Assembly: GCF_001194135.2 (NCBI RefSeq)
Contig: NC_068995.1
Coordinates: forward strand, 52,962,456-53,023,878
DNA: 61,423 nt
Direction: 5' to 3'
Origin: Octopus bimaculoides
Lineage: Eukaryota
The stretch's first letter is position 1. Every line of letters begins with the position of its first letter. Made by a program: the position numbers and the translations under genes. This document shows positions 10,371 to 23,020 of the stretch, one piece after another. A model generated the notes under the pieces. It was not told the DNA's origin and searched no databases. It saw only the letters and a list, made by a program, of their open reading frames with translations.

Positions 10371-12769
10371 TGGTTATTACTAAAATTTCATTAGACTGCA
10401 ACAATGAAGAAGCGTTGAATCGCCGTAAGCCAATCGAATCGTTGTCGTCCCTAATACTTCCATGTCCTCCTCTCCGTCTAATTATCATGAAACACTTTGC
10501 ATGCTGTGATGCAAGACTTTCTTTATTATAATCTTCTTATCGATTATGGAATTGATTTCTCTCTTTATTTCTCATAAGCGTTAAAAATGTTCCCGTGATT
10601 ACTCTAGAGAGCTTTGCAGATTTTTTTCTATTAATTTTTATTTTTATTTATTTTGTTTTTTTTTTCCGCTCTCGTTCTGTTTCTGTATTCGCCTTTTAAA
10701 TAATTTTTTTTTTCAATTTAATTTTTACAGTTCTTATTTTCATTTCAAGTTACATTTCTTTTTCTCTTCTGGTAACTGCTCCATTCCTACGGTTATGGTT
10801 TTAGTACTCTGAGGCCGAGCCAAAAGAGAGCAAGCAAAAAATATGGTAAGCTCTCATACGAACTAATTCTACTTCATGCTCTCGCTTCCATTTCTGTGCC
10901 ATTCCTTGCCATGAAGATAGATTAATAGCATACTCTAACTCCCTATGTACGTATTTCCCTAGATAACTGGATTGCTGGTTAATTACGTACCTACTTATGA
11001 TTTCCGATAGATGTCAATAGGCTGGTGTGCTTCTACGTTCAGAGCAACCTTCTTCTTCAAGTCACACTTTACGAGCTTAAGAAGTGAGACACATTCGATA
11101 ATATATTGTTAGAAACGCGAGCATAAAACAGTGAGATAGCTATGGCTGTAATTCCTTTGATTATAGTTCTGCTTGGTTGGGGTTAAAATGAAGGCTTTAA
11201 ATCAATAACAGCATCTCAAGTTCAGACTTGATCATTGACAGAAAGACACAAGGCCAGGCATTGGTGTCCAGCCAACGAGTGTATTAAGGATTACTGGTCA
11301 TATGGTGCATTCTTTGCAAACACCGATCGATAATCTCGAAAACCAGATCGAATAGAATCAAAAAGGATTTGGATCGAGTTCAACAAACGGCATAAAGACG
11401 AGACTTGAATGCAAAGTCTATGAAATAACAAAGGTTACGTTTTTATCTTGTGTGTTCTTCAGTAACAGCTTAAATGCTAAACGGTTCAAATTATTCCAAC
11501 CCAGTCTCTGAAACTAATAGATACATTAATTCAGTCGATCGGAAAAGATTTCTTATAATTTTGTAAATAACACATCGACAAGTTCTAATCCTGATTCTCT
11601 CGCGGCCATTTACGAGTACATCTGAAATCCTAAGAAACATATTCCCATATCTGGTATCGATTTCCAACGGCCTCTTCTTGTACTAAGAATCAAAGATTTA
11701 GTTACTATTCTCAGAGTCACAGCGAGATGTCTGAAGTATTTATAATTAATTCATAGCGCTGAATTATAGTAACTCATAATACATCGTCTTTATAAAGAAA
11801 TACCTTGTTCACTCGCCTATTTATTCACACTGTAAGTTCTCTGTCCATGACGCAAACACCTCCAAATAACAATTGATTTACATAAGAGGGGAAAAGCAAG
11901 CTCTAACTCACGAGTGAAATAACAAACCTTTTTATTTATGCAAATCCNNNNNNNNNNNNNNNNNNNNNNNNNNNNNNNNNNNNNNNNNNNNNNNNNNNNN
12001 NNNNNNNNNNNNNNNNNNNNNNNNNNNNNNNNNNNNNNNNNNNNNNNNNNNNNNNNNNNNNNNNNNNNNNNNNNNNNNNNNNNNNNNNNNNNNNNNNNNN
12101 NNNNNNNNNNNNNNNNNNNNNNNNNNNNNNNNNNNNNNNNNNNNNNNNNNNNNNNNNNNNNNNNNNNNNNNNNNNNNNNNNNNNNNNNNNNNNNNNNNNN
12201 NNNNNNNNNNNNNNNNNNNNNNNNNNNNNNNNNNNNNNNNNNNNNNNNNNNNNNNNNNNNNNNNNNNNNNNNNNNNNNNNNNNNNNNNNNNNNNNNNNNN
12301 NNNNNNNNNNNNNNNNNNNNNNNNNNNNNNNNNNNNNNNNNNNNNNNNNNNNNNNNNNNNNNNNNNNNNNNNNNNNNNNNNNNNNNNNNNNNNNNNNNNN
12401 NNNNNNNNNNNNNNNNNNNNNNNNNNNNNNNNNNNNNNNNNNNNNNNNNNNNNNNNNNNNNNNNNNNNNNNNNNNNNNNNNNNNNNNNNNNNNNNNNNNN
12501 NNNNNNNNNNNNNNNNNNNNNNNNNNNNNNNNNNNNNNNNNNNNNNNNNNNNNNNNNNNNNNNNNNNNNNNNNNNNNNNNNNNNNNNNNNNNNNNNNNNN
12601 NNNNNNNNNNNNNNNNNNNNNNNNNNNNNNNNNNNNNNNNNNNNNNNNNNNNNNNNNNNNNNNNNNNNNNNNNNNNNNNNNNNNNNNNNNNNNNNNNNNN
12701 NNNNNNNNNNNNNNNNNNNNNNNNNNNNNNNNNNNNNNNNNNNNNNNNNNNNNNNNNNNNNNNNNNNNN

Positions 12770-12821
<52 letters not shown>

Positions 12822-12869
12822 ATGCATGCATTATGCATGTATGTGTGCATGCCTGCAGGCATATATGTG

Positions 12870-13070
12870 TGTGTTTGCCCTGCACCCCCGCTTGACAATC
12901 GGTGAGGGATTTAATACGTCAGCATAACTTAGCGGTTCGGTAATGGGTGACCAACAGAATATCTACCGGACTTGCAACTGGCTGCGGGGGTCGATTTGTT
13001 CGACTAAACACTACAAGGCGATGCCCCAGCATGGCCGAAGTCCAACGACTGAAACAAGTAAAAGATTAAA
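12870..13070 (+). mobile_element. SINE family B, 3' half
   Basis: CGCTTGACAATCGG...AACTTAGCGGTTCGG...GGGGTCGATTTGTTCGACTAAAC...CCCCAGCATGGCCGAAGTCCAACGACTGAAACAAGTAAAAGATTAAAAGA. Confidence 0.8.
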
Positions 13071-13507
13071 AGATATATTTAGAACTATATTAACCAAAAT
13101 GTCCTTCCTTCCTTAAGACAGTAGTGTGTTATATGTCAGAGATTTAGTTGAATTTTCTAGTAGATTAAGTTACCACATAGAAGCACTTTATTTTAGATGT
13201 GGTTAGTAGAATGTATGTATGTATGCATGCATCGATGCATGGATGTATGTGTACGTATATATGCATGTATGTATGTATGCATGTATGTATTATGGATGGA
13301 TATATAACAACTAAAAATGAGAATTCCAAGGGAAGAATTTGATGAATTTTCACCAACTAGTAATTGAAACCATATCGGTCTATATTAGTTTACAAGGAAT
13401 TTACGGCTTACATGAAGAACATACCCAATGTCTTATACATGACTGGTTTCTTTTCGAACGGGTACAATAACCAGATATATTAGAGAGAAAATATTAGTTA
13501 TTATATG

Positions 13508-13545
<38 letters not shown>

Positions 13546-14003
13546 NNNNNNNNNNNNNNNNNNNNNNNNNNNNNNNNNNNNNNNNNNNNNNNNNNNNNNN
13601 NNNNNNNNNNNNNNNNNNNNNNNNNNNNNNNNNNNNNNNNNNNNNNNNNNNNNNNNNNNNNNNNNNNNNNNNNNNNNNNNNNNNNNNNNNNNNNNNNNNN
13701 NNNNNNNNNNNNNNNNNNNNNNNNNNNNNNNNNNNNNNNNNNNNNNNNNNNNNNNNNNNNNNNNNNNNNNNNNNNNNNNNNNNNNNNNNNNNNNNNNNNN
13801 NNNNNNNNNNNNNNNNNNNNNNNNNNNNNNNNNNNNNNNNNNNNNNNNNNNNNNNNNNNNNNNNNNNNNNNNNNNNNNNNNNNNNNNNNNNNNNNNNNNN
13901 NNNNNNNNNNNNNNNNNNNNNNNNNNNNNNNNNNNNNNNNNNNNNNNNNNNNNNNNNNNNNNNNNNNNNNNNNNNNNNNNNNNNNNNNNNNNNNNNNNNN
14001 NNN

Positions 14004-14047
<44 letters not shown>

Positions 14048-14289
14048 TAGTTTTTGGAGCATATTTCATAAGTACTGTTTATACAGGTTAAATGAATTAA
14101 GAAATCCAAAGATTTACTTAAGTCTCTTTCCATAATATATTGTTTATGTAGCTGATATTTCAGTAGCATGTACCAAAGCTAACCACAAACTCACATTTAG
14201 AAACAAATTGCAAAAACGCCGGAACGAAAAACTACATTAAGGAAATGAAATCACAAAATAACGAACCACAGAACACTCTTCTGAAAACC

Positions 14290-14410
14290 AATCTAAGTTG
14301 TAAACATCACGACTCAGACTGTTACATCGGCCGCACAAGCATGAACCCTTTTCACCGGTTGACGATACATTAACATCAAGGAGTGAACGCAATAATACAT
14401 TACCTGAAAT
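14290..14410 (+). mobile_element. Decayed GIY-YIG endonuclease fragment of a Penelope-like element
   Basis: Frame from 14299 reads CKHHDSDCYIGRTSMNPFHRLTIH*HQGVNAIIHYLK, resembling the PLE pattern C....C...YIG.T...L.RRLT.H.Q.GAI..H. One in-frame stop. The upstream GIY half is not recognisable. Confidence 0.5.
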
Positions 14411-15003
14411 GATAATAGAATGACAAACATTAGTTGACAGGCAACAAGTTTATATAGGGTTACACACATGCGCACACAAAGGACATAAATATTGAAAAGT
14501 TTACGCATAGTAAAATACAGACCATAGAAACGAAAAAGAAACACAGGTGCAGCACTTGTGATATACAACACTCGTAGTACACGTCATGAGATCTACCTGG
14601 ATTTAACCGATACATAATTTTAAAATCTGACGTTAACGATTTCTATCAGTTATAAAAGTATTCCCATGATCGTTTGAGGCCCAATGCATAACGCGCGAAT
14701 GAAACGCAACTGTTATCATCCATTCATTCCGAGGATTACATCGGAAAGGTATTGAAATATCAATGGACTAATAGTTTCAGGAATGCTATTCTTCCAAAAT
14801 AGACATAAAAAGACCGGCAAGGAAACACGAAAAATCCTTAAGACAATCAAATTCGAATATAGCCATGTCTATAGTTAAAAAATAATAGCCATTTTTGATA
14901 GGAAAAACCATTTTTGAAAAACCATTTTTGATAAAGTAGCTTTCCAGATCCAAGAAGGATTTCACGTTCTCTCGAAAGTTTATAAATCCTTATGACATCA
15001 GAA

Positions 15004-15039
<36 letters not shown>

Positions 15040-15164
15040 ATTTTGGAGGGCTACTTTACAAATTAATTTACGNNNNNNNNNNNNNNNNNNNNNNNNNNNN
15101 NNNNNNNNNNNNNNNNNNNNNNNNNNNNNNNNNNNNNNNNNNNNNNNNNNNNNNNNNNNNNNNN

Positions 15165-15208
<44 letters not shown>

Positions 15209-16064
15209 GCTCTGAATTGATTGGTTCCTGACATCGATTATAGCATTTCATATACAGGAAGTGAACTGTAGGTGTTTACCACCTGGCAAAGGCGCAGCTT
15301 ACATGCAGGCATACATACATGAAATGCATACACGTATACATGAATCTCTGTTTGCCTATTCACTGCTGTATTATCACAGTTACAACATAATGCATAAAAA
15401 TAAATAGAGTCTGTATAAGAAAATGAATAAAGCTAACAAAATTACTACTTCCAGCCCACACCGTACTCGACAAAACAGAAAAAGAAATATCAAAACGATA
15501 TGCAAAACAAAACGAATAAACAAATGATATCTAAAAGAAAATAAGACTGACAAATAAATGAACAAATAAGAGAAAAGAAAAAAAAATGAAAAAACAAAAA
15601 TAACAGAGAGTAAAATAGAACAGCAACGGGGTTGCTTTTTGTATTTTATCATTGCATGTGTTTCCGCTGCGATTTTGTGAATGGGAGGGTTTACTCTGCA
15701 ATTATTAACAATCCCTTTTCCTACCCAAACTTCAATGAGGAGAATACCAAAATGGAAAGCAACAATTTTCTTTCCATTTCTTTTATTTGTTCATTTATTC
15801 ATTATTGTTGATGTTATTTTTGTTGCGTTGTGCTATTTGGAGAAAAAGGTGTTGCTTGGTTTCGATCTTATTTTGGTTTCGATTATATTTTGGTTGAATA
15901 TTTAAATACGGCTTAGACAATGTCTTGGCTTAGACAATGTGTTAATGCTGATAAAAGGCCATACTTGATCGCAGCTACGTGTAACTTTTTCCTGGCTCTC
16001 GTCTCTCTTTCTTATCTCGTTTCCTTTCTTTTGTCTTTTCCCATTCTCTCTTGTACTTTCTTCT

Positions 16065-16100
16065 AATATCCGACGAACGATTGCGTCCGAAACGTTATGT
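16065..16100 (+). ncRNA. Degenerate hammerhead-like relic
   Basis: AATAT CCGACGA A CGA TTGCG TCC GAAAC GTT ATGT. U4 is changed to C and stem II is mismatched. Confidence 0.35.
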
Positions 16101-17254
16101 CTTTACTCTAATAATTTTTTCCATTCTTGAAGCGTCACGCTAATAATATCAATTGTTCCCCTCCCTTGCACTCTTGCTGCTTTTTCGGGTTTCTTTTTGT
16201 TTTGTTGTGTGTGTGTGTGTGTGTGTAGGTGGTTGGGTGTGGGTGTGTTTGCGTGTGGTTTTGCGAAAGCATTGAAACATTGGATTTAAGGATCACACAA
16301 GACTTTTTAGTAAAGTATATTTATTTCCTGAGTCGAATGAAGTAGATGGAGATGGTGCAAACTCTGTTTATTAAATAACACACACACACACACAAATATG
16401 TATGTATATGTGTGTCTATATGTATGTATAACGTATATATATGACTTGTGTATATTATATACATATACATATACACACATATAAATGTATATATAACATG
16501 TGTAAGCTATATCACGCGTATTTATATGTATGTATATGTATGTAGATATGTAATACATATTCATGCATATATCATATAACATTATAATAAATGTGTGTGT
16601 GTGTGACAGAGTTCCCCTGCATGACCACAGTTCTATGATTGAAAATAGTTAAAAAGATAAACGGATATATAAATACACACGCCGTATATATATGTGTGTG
16701 TGTATTTGTGTTGTATGTTAAGTTTATTAAGAATCCCGTACAGACCCAAACACTCACCTCACAACAGACGAATATTACATCTATACTATATTACACATCA
16801 GTGACAAGCCATGTCTACCAGAATGTGTGTGTGTGTGTAGTTGATATGCATTCGTTAATCGTCGTTCGTTCGTTCATTCATTCATAAATACATATTGAGT
16901 AGTCACTGTTCGTCTAACTAACGCATGTGTAATACATAATTGATGGCAAACATAAAACCTGTGATGTCCCCATTTGATTGGTGGCAGTTGTGCTACAAAT
17001 TATATTCAACTTGTAGGACAGCTAGACACTGATTTTGCACAAAGTGGTACAACGTCTTTCTTTTTCTCTACTGTCCATCAACCACTGCTCTTAATCACTA
17101 ACTACTATTACTACTACCACTACTATCATTATTTGTAAAGGTTCTACACACAACTATTATTGTGTCCAGCAGACTGCAGCTTCAACACTTTCTTCGGCCA
17201 TGATTTGAGACCGATTCAATTATCTGTAGTTTAGCATTCGTTTCTGTTCATAAG

Positions 17255-17430
17255 CAACATGTTTCAGTGGTTAGAGCATCGGACTCACAATCATGAGGTA
17301 GCGACTTCGATTCCTGGACTGGGCTGTGTGTTGTGTTCTTGAGCAAGACACTTTATTTCACGTTGCTCCAGTTCACTCGTCTGTAGAAATGAGTTGCTGT
17401 TCTGTTGATCGAATCAGCTGGAACCCTCAT
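17255..17430 (+). mobile_element. tRNA-derived SINE with family D head/core and family C-type tail
   Basis: CAGTGGTTAGAGCATCGGACTCACAATCATGAGG...TTCGATTCCTGG...GTTCTTGAGCAAGACACTTTATTTCACGTTGCTCCAGTTCACTC, then CTGTTGATCGAATCAGCTGGAACCCTC. Confidence 0.8.
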
Positions 17431-17580
17431 GGTAGCACTCAATATATATATGGAGTGCCACCATGCATGCTGCATATAATTCGTCCTTTATTTATAGACT
17501 TCAAACGGTAAAATGTGAAATTGACCTAGGTGAGATTTGAACCTGGAGTGCCGAGAGTTTGAACATATATACCAAAGTAT

Positions 17581-17925
17581 ATTCTTTCCTGCTCTAGGCA
17601 TAAGGCCCGAAATTTTGGGGGAGGGAGCTAATCGATTATATCGACCCAGTACGCAACTGGTACTTAATTCATCGACCCCGAAAGGATGAAAGGAAAATTC
17701 GACCTCGGCGGAATTTGAACTTAGAACGTTCTTTTCTACTCTAGTGACAAGGCCAGAATTTTGGGGGAGGGGACCAGTCGATTAGATCGATCACAACGCA
17801 AATGGTAATTGATTTATCGACCCCGAAAAGATGACAGACAAAGTCGAGCTCGGCGGAATGTGAACTCAGAAAGTAAAGACAGACGAAATACCTATTTCTT
17901 TATTACCCATAAAGGGCTATACAAA
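17581..17925 (-). mobile_element. Tandem cluster of SINE family A pieces (two 5'-truncated bodies with tail 2, then a tail-1 remnant)
   Basis: Units at about 17581-17729, 17730-17890 and 17891-17925. The first two each begin with a TTCTTT(T)CT(A/G)CTCTAG tail on the + strand. Confidence 0.85.
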
Positions 17926-18177
17926 GAATTTTTAAGACATCACAAAACATAAAGACGGTACAAAACACAACAAACATAAAATCGGAGAACTAAAATTTAC
18001 AAAAGCGAACGATGATAGTAGAAGAAAAATTAAAATAAAATGATAATATGCAAGAATGAAAAAATGAGGCGCAATGCCCACGCGACCTCCGAAGTCGGGT
18101 GGTTACATTTATCCAGTTTTTCACTTTTACGTTCAACATCATGTAGACATTTTAACGGTTTTGCAACTCCAAAAATT

Positions 18178-18500
18178 GAAACACTCGCGTTACCTTTCTC
18201 CCATTAACCACTGTTACTTGTGTCCTTATCAGCTGCAAATAATCAGTTCTAGGGGGTGGTGTCTCCACCAACCATACCCTTATCGTTGTTATATTTTCAC
18301 CAAGTTCTGTTATGTACTCCCAGTAGTTTTCCTCGTGTATTCGAGTCCAAATCCCCACAGTTGCGCACTTTTGATTCCCCCACTGGTCCCAATTCCAGAT
18401 ACTCTTTGGTTGCAGCCAGCACTTTTGCAACCAACCACTCCGGTCTAATTTTTGGTGGCATTCTGGGAATACGTATTCTCACACTTCCTCTTCCTCTATA
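18178..18500 (-). mobile_element. Probable decayed LINE ORF1 (gag-like) fragment
   Basis: Manual translation: YRGRGSVRIRIPRMPPKIRPEWLVAKVLAATKEYLELGPVGESKVRN, frameshift to WGFGLEY, later VTVVNGRKVTRVF. It recalls octopus retroelement ORF1-like proteins (RIxxVPPEIxxxWLVAxVL...NWWGxGLE...VVEGRxPxC). This is recall only, not searched. Confidence 0.4.
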
Positions 18501-19465
18501 ACTATGCTATTTTTGTGTTTCTTTTTTTGTATTGCCAGTCAGCAGCAGAAACCTGCACTCCAAATCGCTGAACCTCGTGAAATAAATAAATAAATAAATA
18601 GGTTTTGTATTCGTATTATTCTTTTATGTTCGCCATGGTGTCGGACAATTTAAAAGGTTTAAAGACATCTTATTAAACACGGCAATTTGAGTACCCACTT
18701 TCGATCCTTACATTCTCTACTCCAATAAGAAACACTGCTATACAGGAATCGGGTTTAGCAAACTAAAGTCGCCCCCCCTCCTAAATATTCAGTCTTTTTA
18801 CGCCTGTCTAGTGAAATGAGCAATTTATTTTTACTCATAAATGTCCATTTCCCATCTAGCGATTATTTTGTAAAGAAATAAATGCAGACATACATAAATA
18901 GATGAATTAATGCAATGAATAATGAATGACTTATATAAATAAATCGCATATTTCTTTCAAATTTGTCGCTCAAAAACAGTCACATAAATCTCTGCGAGAT
19001 TTCGTTTTAAAACTGACGCCGCTTACGTTAGTTTAATAACCGGGACACAGCGGCTGGAGTAAGGAGGATTTGATCGTAAAAACGTTAATTAGAGAATTGA
19101 TTACCGACATGCTAACATACCAAGAAAACGAGCATGCGCGCGAGCACACACGGACACACGCACGCAAACGTCTAGTTAGAATAGAGGCAGCCGATGAATA
19201 ATTCCAAGTGGCTTTCTGTTTTCCTATGTGTTCGTTCCGTTGTCTGTAGTTCATTGTTCTAACGTCCTGTACCCTGATATGCATCTATATACACATGTAG
19301 ATGTAAGTATATACATATATGTGTATATACATGCATGTATATTCTTTGTATTATATATATATATATGTATGTATATTCCCTTTCATTCTCTTTCTATCTC
19401 GTCTCGTTATCTTTTTCAACCAAAATCATTTCTCACTTTCCTTCTTTCTCCTCGTTTTCTGATAG

Positions 19466-19505
<40 letters not shown>

Positions 19506-19659
19506 CCGCGTGACTGACCGCTTGGCAAAATAATAAAACCAACCAGCGAACCAACGAACACGGCCTCAATCTAAAATGTGTTATCATCTTCATCATCATT
19601 TTTTTTTATCACTGTTACCATTTATAATTCAGTCGATTCGAACATCGTCCACCTCATTG

Positions 19660-19684
19660 CTCCACATCAACGTCGTCGTCGTCG

Positions 19685-19726
<42 letters not shown>

Positions 19727-20300
19727 CCATCACCATCATCATCACTGTCAACATCATTCCCCTTTTTTTAACACCAGTCTACCAGATGTCATCTTTAACA
19801 TCACCATTATCATGATCATCATTATAATCATCATCAACATGATCATCATCGTCGTCGTCGTCGTCGTCATGGTCACCAAATTATCACAGCATCACCACTG
19901 CCATCATCATCGCCATCATCACGAACACCGCTTCTTCAAAATCCCCTTCTGCATCACCATCACCACCATCACTATAATCACCATCACCATCACCATCAGT
20001 ACCATCATAATCACCATTACCATTGCTACCACCACCACCGCCACCACCACTACAACAGCTATCACTTGATTTACGACCACCCCCATCATCATCATCACCA
20101 TCACCCTCATCATCACCACCACCACCATCAGCATCATCATCATCATCACCATAGCTACCATCATAATCACCATTACCATTGCTACCACCACCACCACCTC
20201 ATTTACCACCACCCCCATCACCATCATCACCATCACCATCGCTACCACCACCACCACCAGCTGATCATCACCATCATCACCATTATCATCAGCACCACCG
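19660..20300. repeat. (GTC)/(ATC)/(ACC) trinucleotide-rich low-complexity tract with an internal ~156-bp duplication
   Basis: ACCATCATAATCACCATTACCATTGCTACCACCACCACC occurs at 20001 and 20157. Confidence 0.9.
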
Positions 20301-20887
20301 GTCCCACAACCGATGCCCTTTAAAATACTTTTTACGCAGTAGTTTCCAATAGGAACGGCAATCCAGTCGATACTGCTCTGTGCCGACTTTGCTTTTCATC
20401 CCATGTTAATCGATAAAATAAACAATCGACGACTTTGCATTCGATACCATCCCTTAGCTTGCCCCTTCGAATGCAATCGCTTCAGTGCCGGGTCTTAAGA
20501 AGTGAATAGAGTCGTGGAATATATGGATTGAATACAAGAGGAATCGACGCCGAGATCCTCTTACATTTCAGTAGATACACACACACACATACACACAAAA
20601 AACACACACACACACACAAAAACACACACAAACACACGCACACACACATACACAAACACACACAAACACACACAAGCACACACACACAAACACATGCACA
20701 TACACCCCCACATGCACACCCCCACACACATACACACACATGCACAAACACGCACACACACACAAACACATTAATGTTTGTTTTTCTAATTTGTATTGAT
20801 ACATAAAAATATTGTCACATACTTCTTGGAGGATCGGCAAATACATTAAGACAGAATATCAAATTTATTTTTAAAACATGATAATGG

Positions 20888-20922
20888 ATACAACGTTTCG
20901 CCGGTGTGGTTTCGTCAGTGCA
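20888..20922 (-). ncRNA. Degenerate hammerhead-like relic
   Basis: Minus strand ATGCA CTGACGA A ACC ACACC GGC GAAAC GTT GTAT. Core nucleotides are intact; stems I and II are imperfect. Confidence 0.4.
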
Positions 20923-21593
20923 TTTGTTTTTCATTTTTTTTTTGTCCTTTTATATGTTTTTGGTTCATCTTGTAAGAGGTGCATAGTGATTGTGAACTAA
21001 ATATAATTTACTATACATATGCCTACATATACGAAGGTGGTGCCCCAGCATGGCCACAGTCTAATGATTGAAACAAGTAAAAGAAAATATATTTTATACA
21101 TACTTACACACAGACACATTTATACACACACACATAATGTCCCTTGTGGAAAATGCATGATGTGGTGGACGTACAGTTCTTTCCTGGTTTCGACATATCG
21201 CTCCATTCTAATTCGTAAACGTTATTCCATTGAGCTCTCTTTAACACGAACCAATTAAAAATAAAGGACATTGAATAATATGGTCCCAGCTACATTGTGC
21301 CTAAATGTAAGATGAGATGGCCATGGTCGGAAGGCTTCCTGAAGTAGGTCAGTCATAGTGGTAAGCAACATTAACAATTGTTTAATGCATGAATCAAAGT
21401 GGTAGCTTCAACGTGGCTGCTGGATCTGCTAGAAATAGCTGTCAAACACACCTCAGATCGTTGCTCGAAAAATAGAGGTAATCCTTGTAACACAGTCTAA
21501 AAAACATTGGGTGGTCATATGTGGAATGTCTTTGAATATAGATATCCTAAGGCTAAGATACAACAATCTAAACTAATAAGACAACAGCAATAT

Positions 21594-21606
21594 TCTTCTT
21601 CTTCTT

Positions 21607-21691
<85 letters not shown>
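21594..21691. repeat. (CTT)n(ATT)n compound microsatellite
   Basis: Seen directly; source of the poly-S/poly-Y ORF 21507-21785. Confidence 0.95.
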
Positions 21692-21692
<1 letters not shown>

Positions 21693-21870
21693 CGTCCCTC
21701 TTTACGTTCTGAGTTTAAATTCCGTGAGTGGGGTGGGGTGGGGGGTCAACTTTGCCATTCATCCTTTTGGGGGTCGATAAAATAAATAATGTGGTTTTTG
21801 AGCCCTGGGGTTGATGTAATCGACTTACCCCCCTACCCTCAAAATTGCTGGCCTCCAGCCAAAATTTGAA
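21692..21870 (+). mobile_element. SINE family A, 5' truncated, tail 2
   Basis: TTTACGTTCTGAGTTTAAATTCCG...AACTTTGCCATTCATCCTTTTGGGGGTCGATAAAATAA...CTCAAAATTGCTGGCC. Confidence 0.75.
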
Positions 21871-23020
21871 ATCATCAACATCATCATCATAATCATTATT
21901 AGTATTGTTGCTGTTTTTGTTGCTGCTGTTATTGTTATTATTGCTGTTGTTGTTATTGTTATTATTGTTGTTATTATCATTATAAGTAGTAGTAGTAGTA
22001 GGATGATGATGAGGAGGAGGAGGAGGAGGAGCGGCAGCAGTAGTTGTAGCACCAGGAACAGCTGTAAAACAGCTACAGACAATGCATCGCTAATGTCAAT
22101 AAATGAAAAATGGATGGGAAAATCGGTGGTGGGCGGCGAGGAGGGAATGTATATGGTTCAGTTAGAAAAATGCTATAATGCAGTTATCTGAATCTGCCAT
22201 CTAAAGTAATTTGCTTAGATAAATAAAATGGCGAGCAGCAGTAAAAAGCCACCAACCCCAGCGCCACCCACTTAAAGGCCCCACATAAATTTCACTTAGG
22301 CTTGAACACCGGGCTGTTCCACGAGATCATCAATATTCATGTTTGAACTTTCTTTGACCTCTTCATTCTTAGCTTTTGCTCTCAGCCAAATTCCAATATT
22401 ATTTAAAGAATCGTTTCACTGGTTGCAGTGATCGCCGAAATGAGATTACTGTTGTTTTATGCTGCAGAGGAAGTTAGAGTCATGAACTAACGCAACGATG
22501 TTTTACATATTACTTCTGACATGAAAGATATAAAGCTACAAAAATATCTTCCTTCAAATCGTGCGCTACTGTCTTTAAAAAAAAACCCCGGACTCATTGG
22601 GTAATTTAATCATAGATGTACTAAGTCTAAAATCAAATAAAATATAAAGAAAAAAACAAGGTCGTCACGAACATGGTGTCTTTCATCTCAAGTCACATGC
22701 CTGCTTACTCAGTACATATCTGGTATTAAAAATACAATAACAGCGCAGAGAGAGAGAAGCGAACACTGATTTTTCTCAGCATTACATTAAAATCTTTTGA
22801 GATTTCATTAATTTTTATCACTTGCTTGACACCAGCTTTGATTTTATTTGATATCGGCCCTGATTCAACAAGTATATGATTAAAGGCATTCAGACAATAA
22901 CCATATTTTTTTATGCATCATTTTTTTTGAAGCAACAATAAGCACCCACATTTAATGTCATCTGCTTTTCTCTTTTAAAAGACGTGGGCTTCCGATTGTG
23001 AGTGGGACCCTATAACCAAT

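Noticed and set aside
17581-17890. Repeated GTCGAC/GGGGTCGAT units as a CRISPR-like array
   Set aside because: Eukaryotic context; the units are SINE A copies without constant-length unique spacers.
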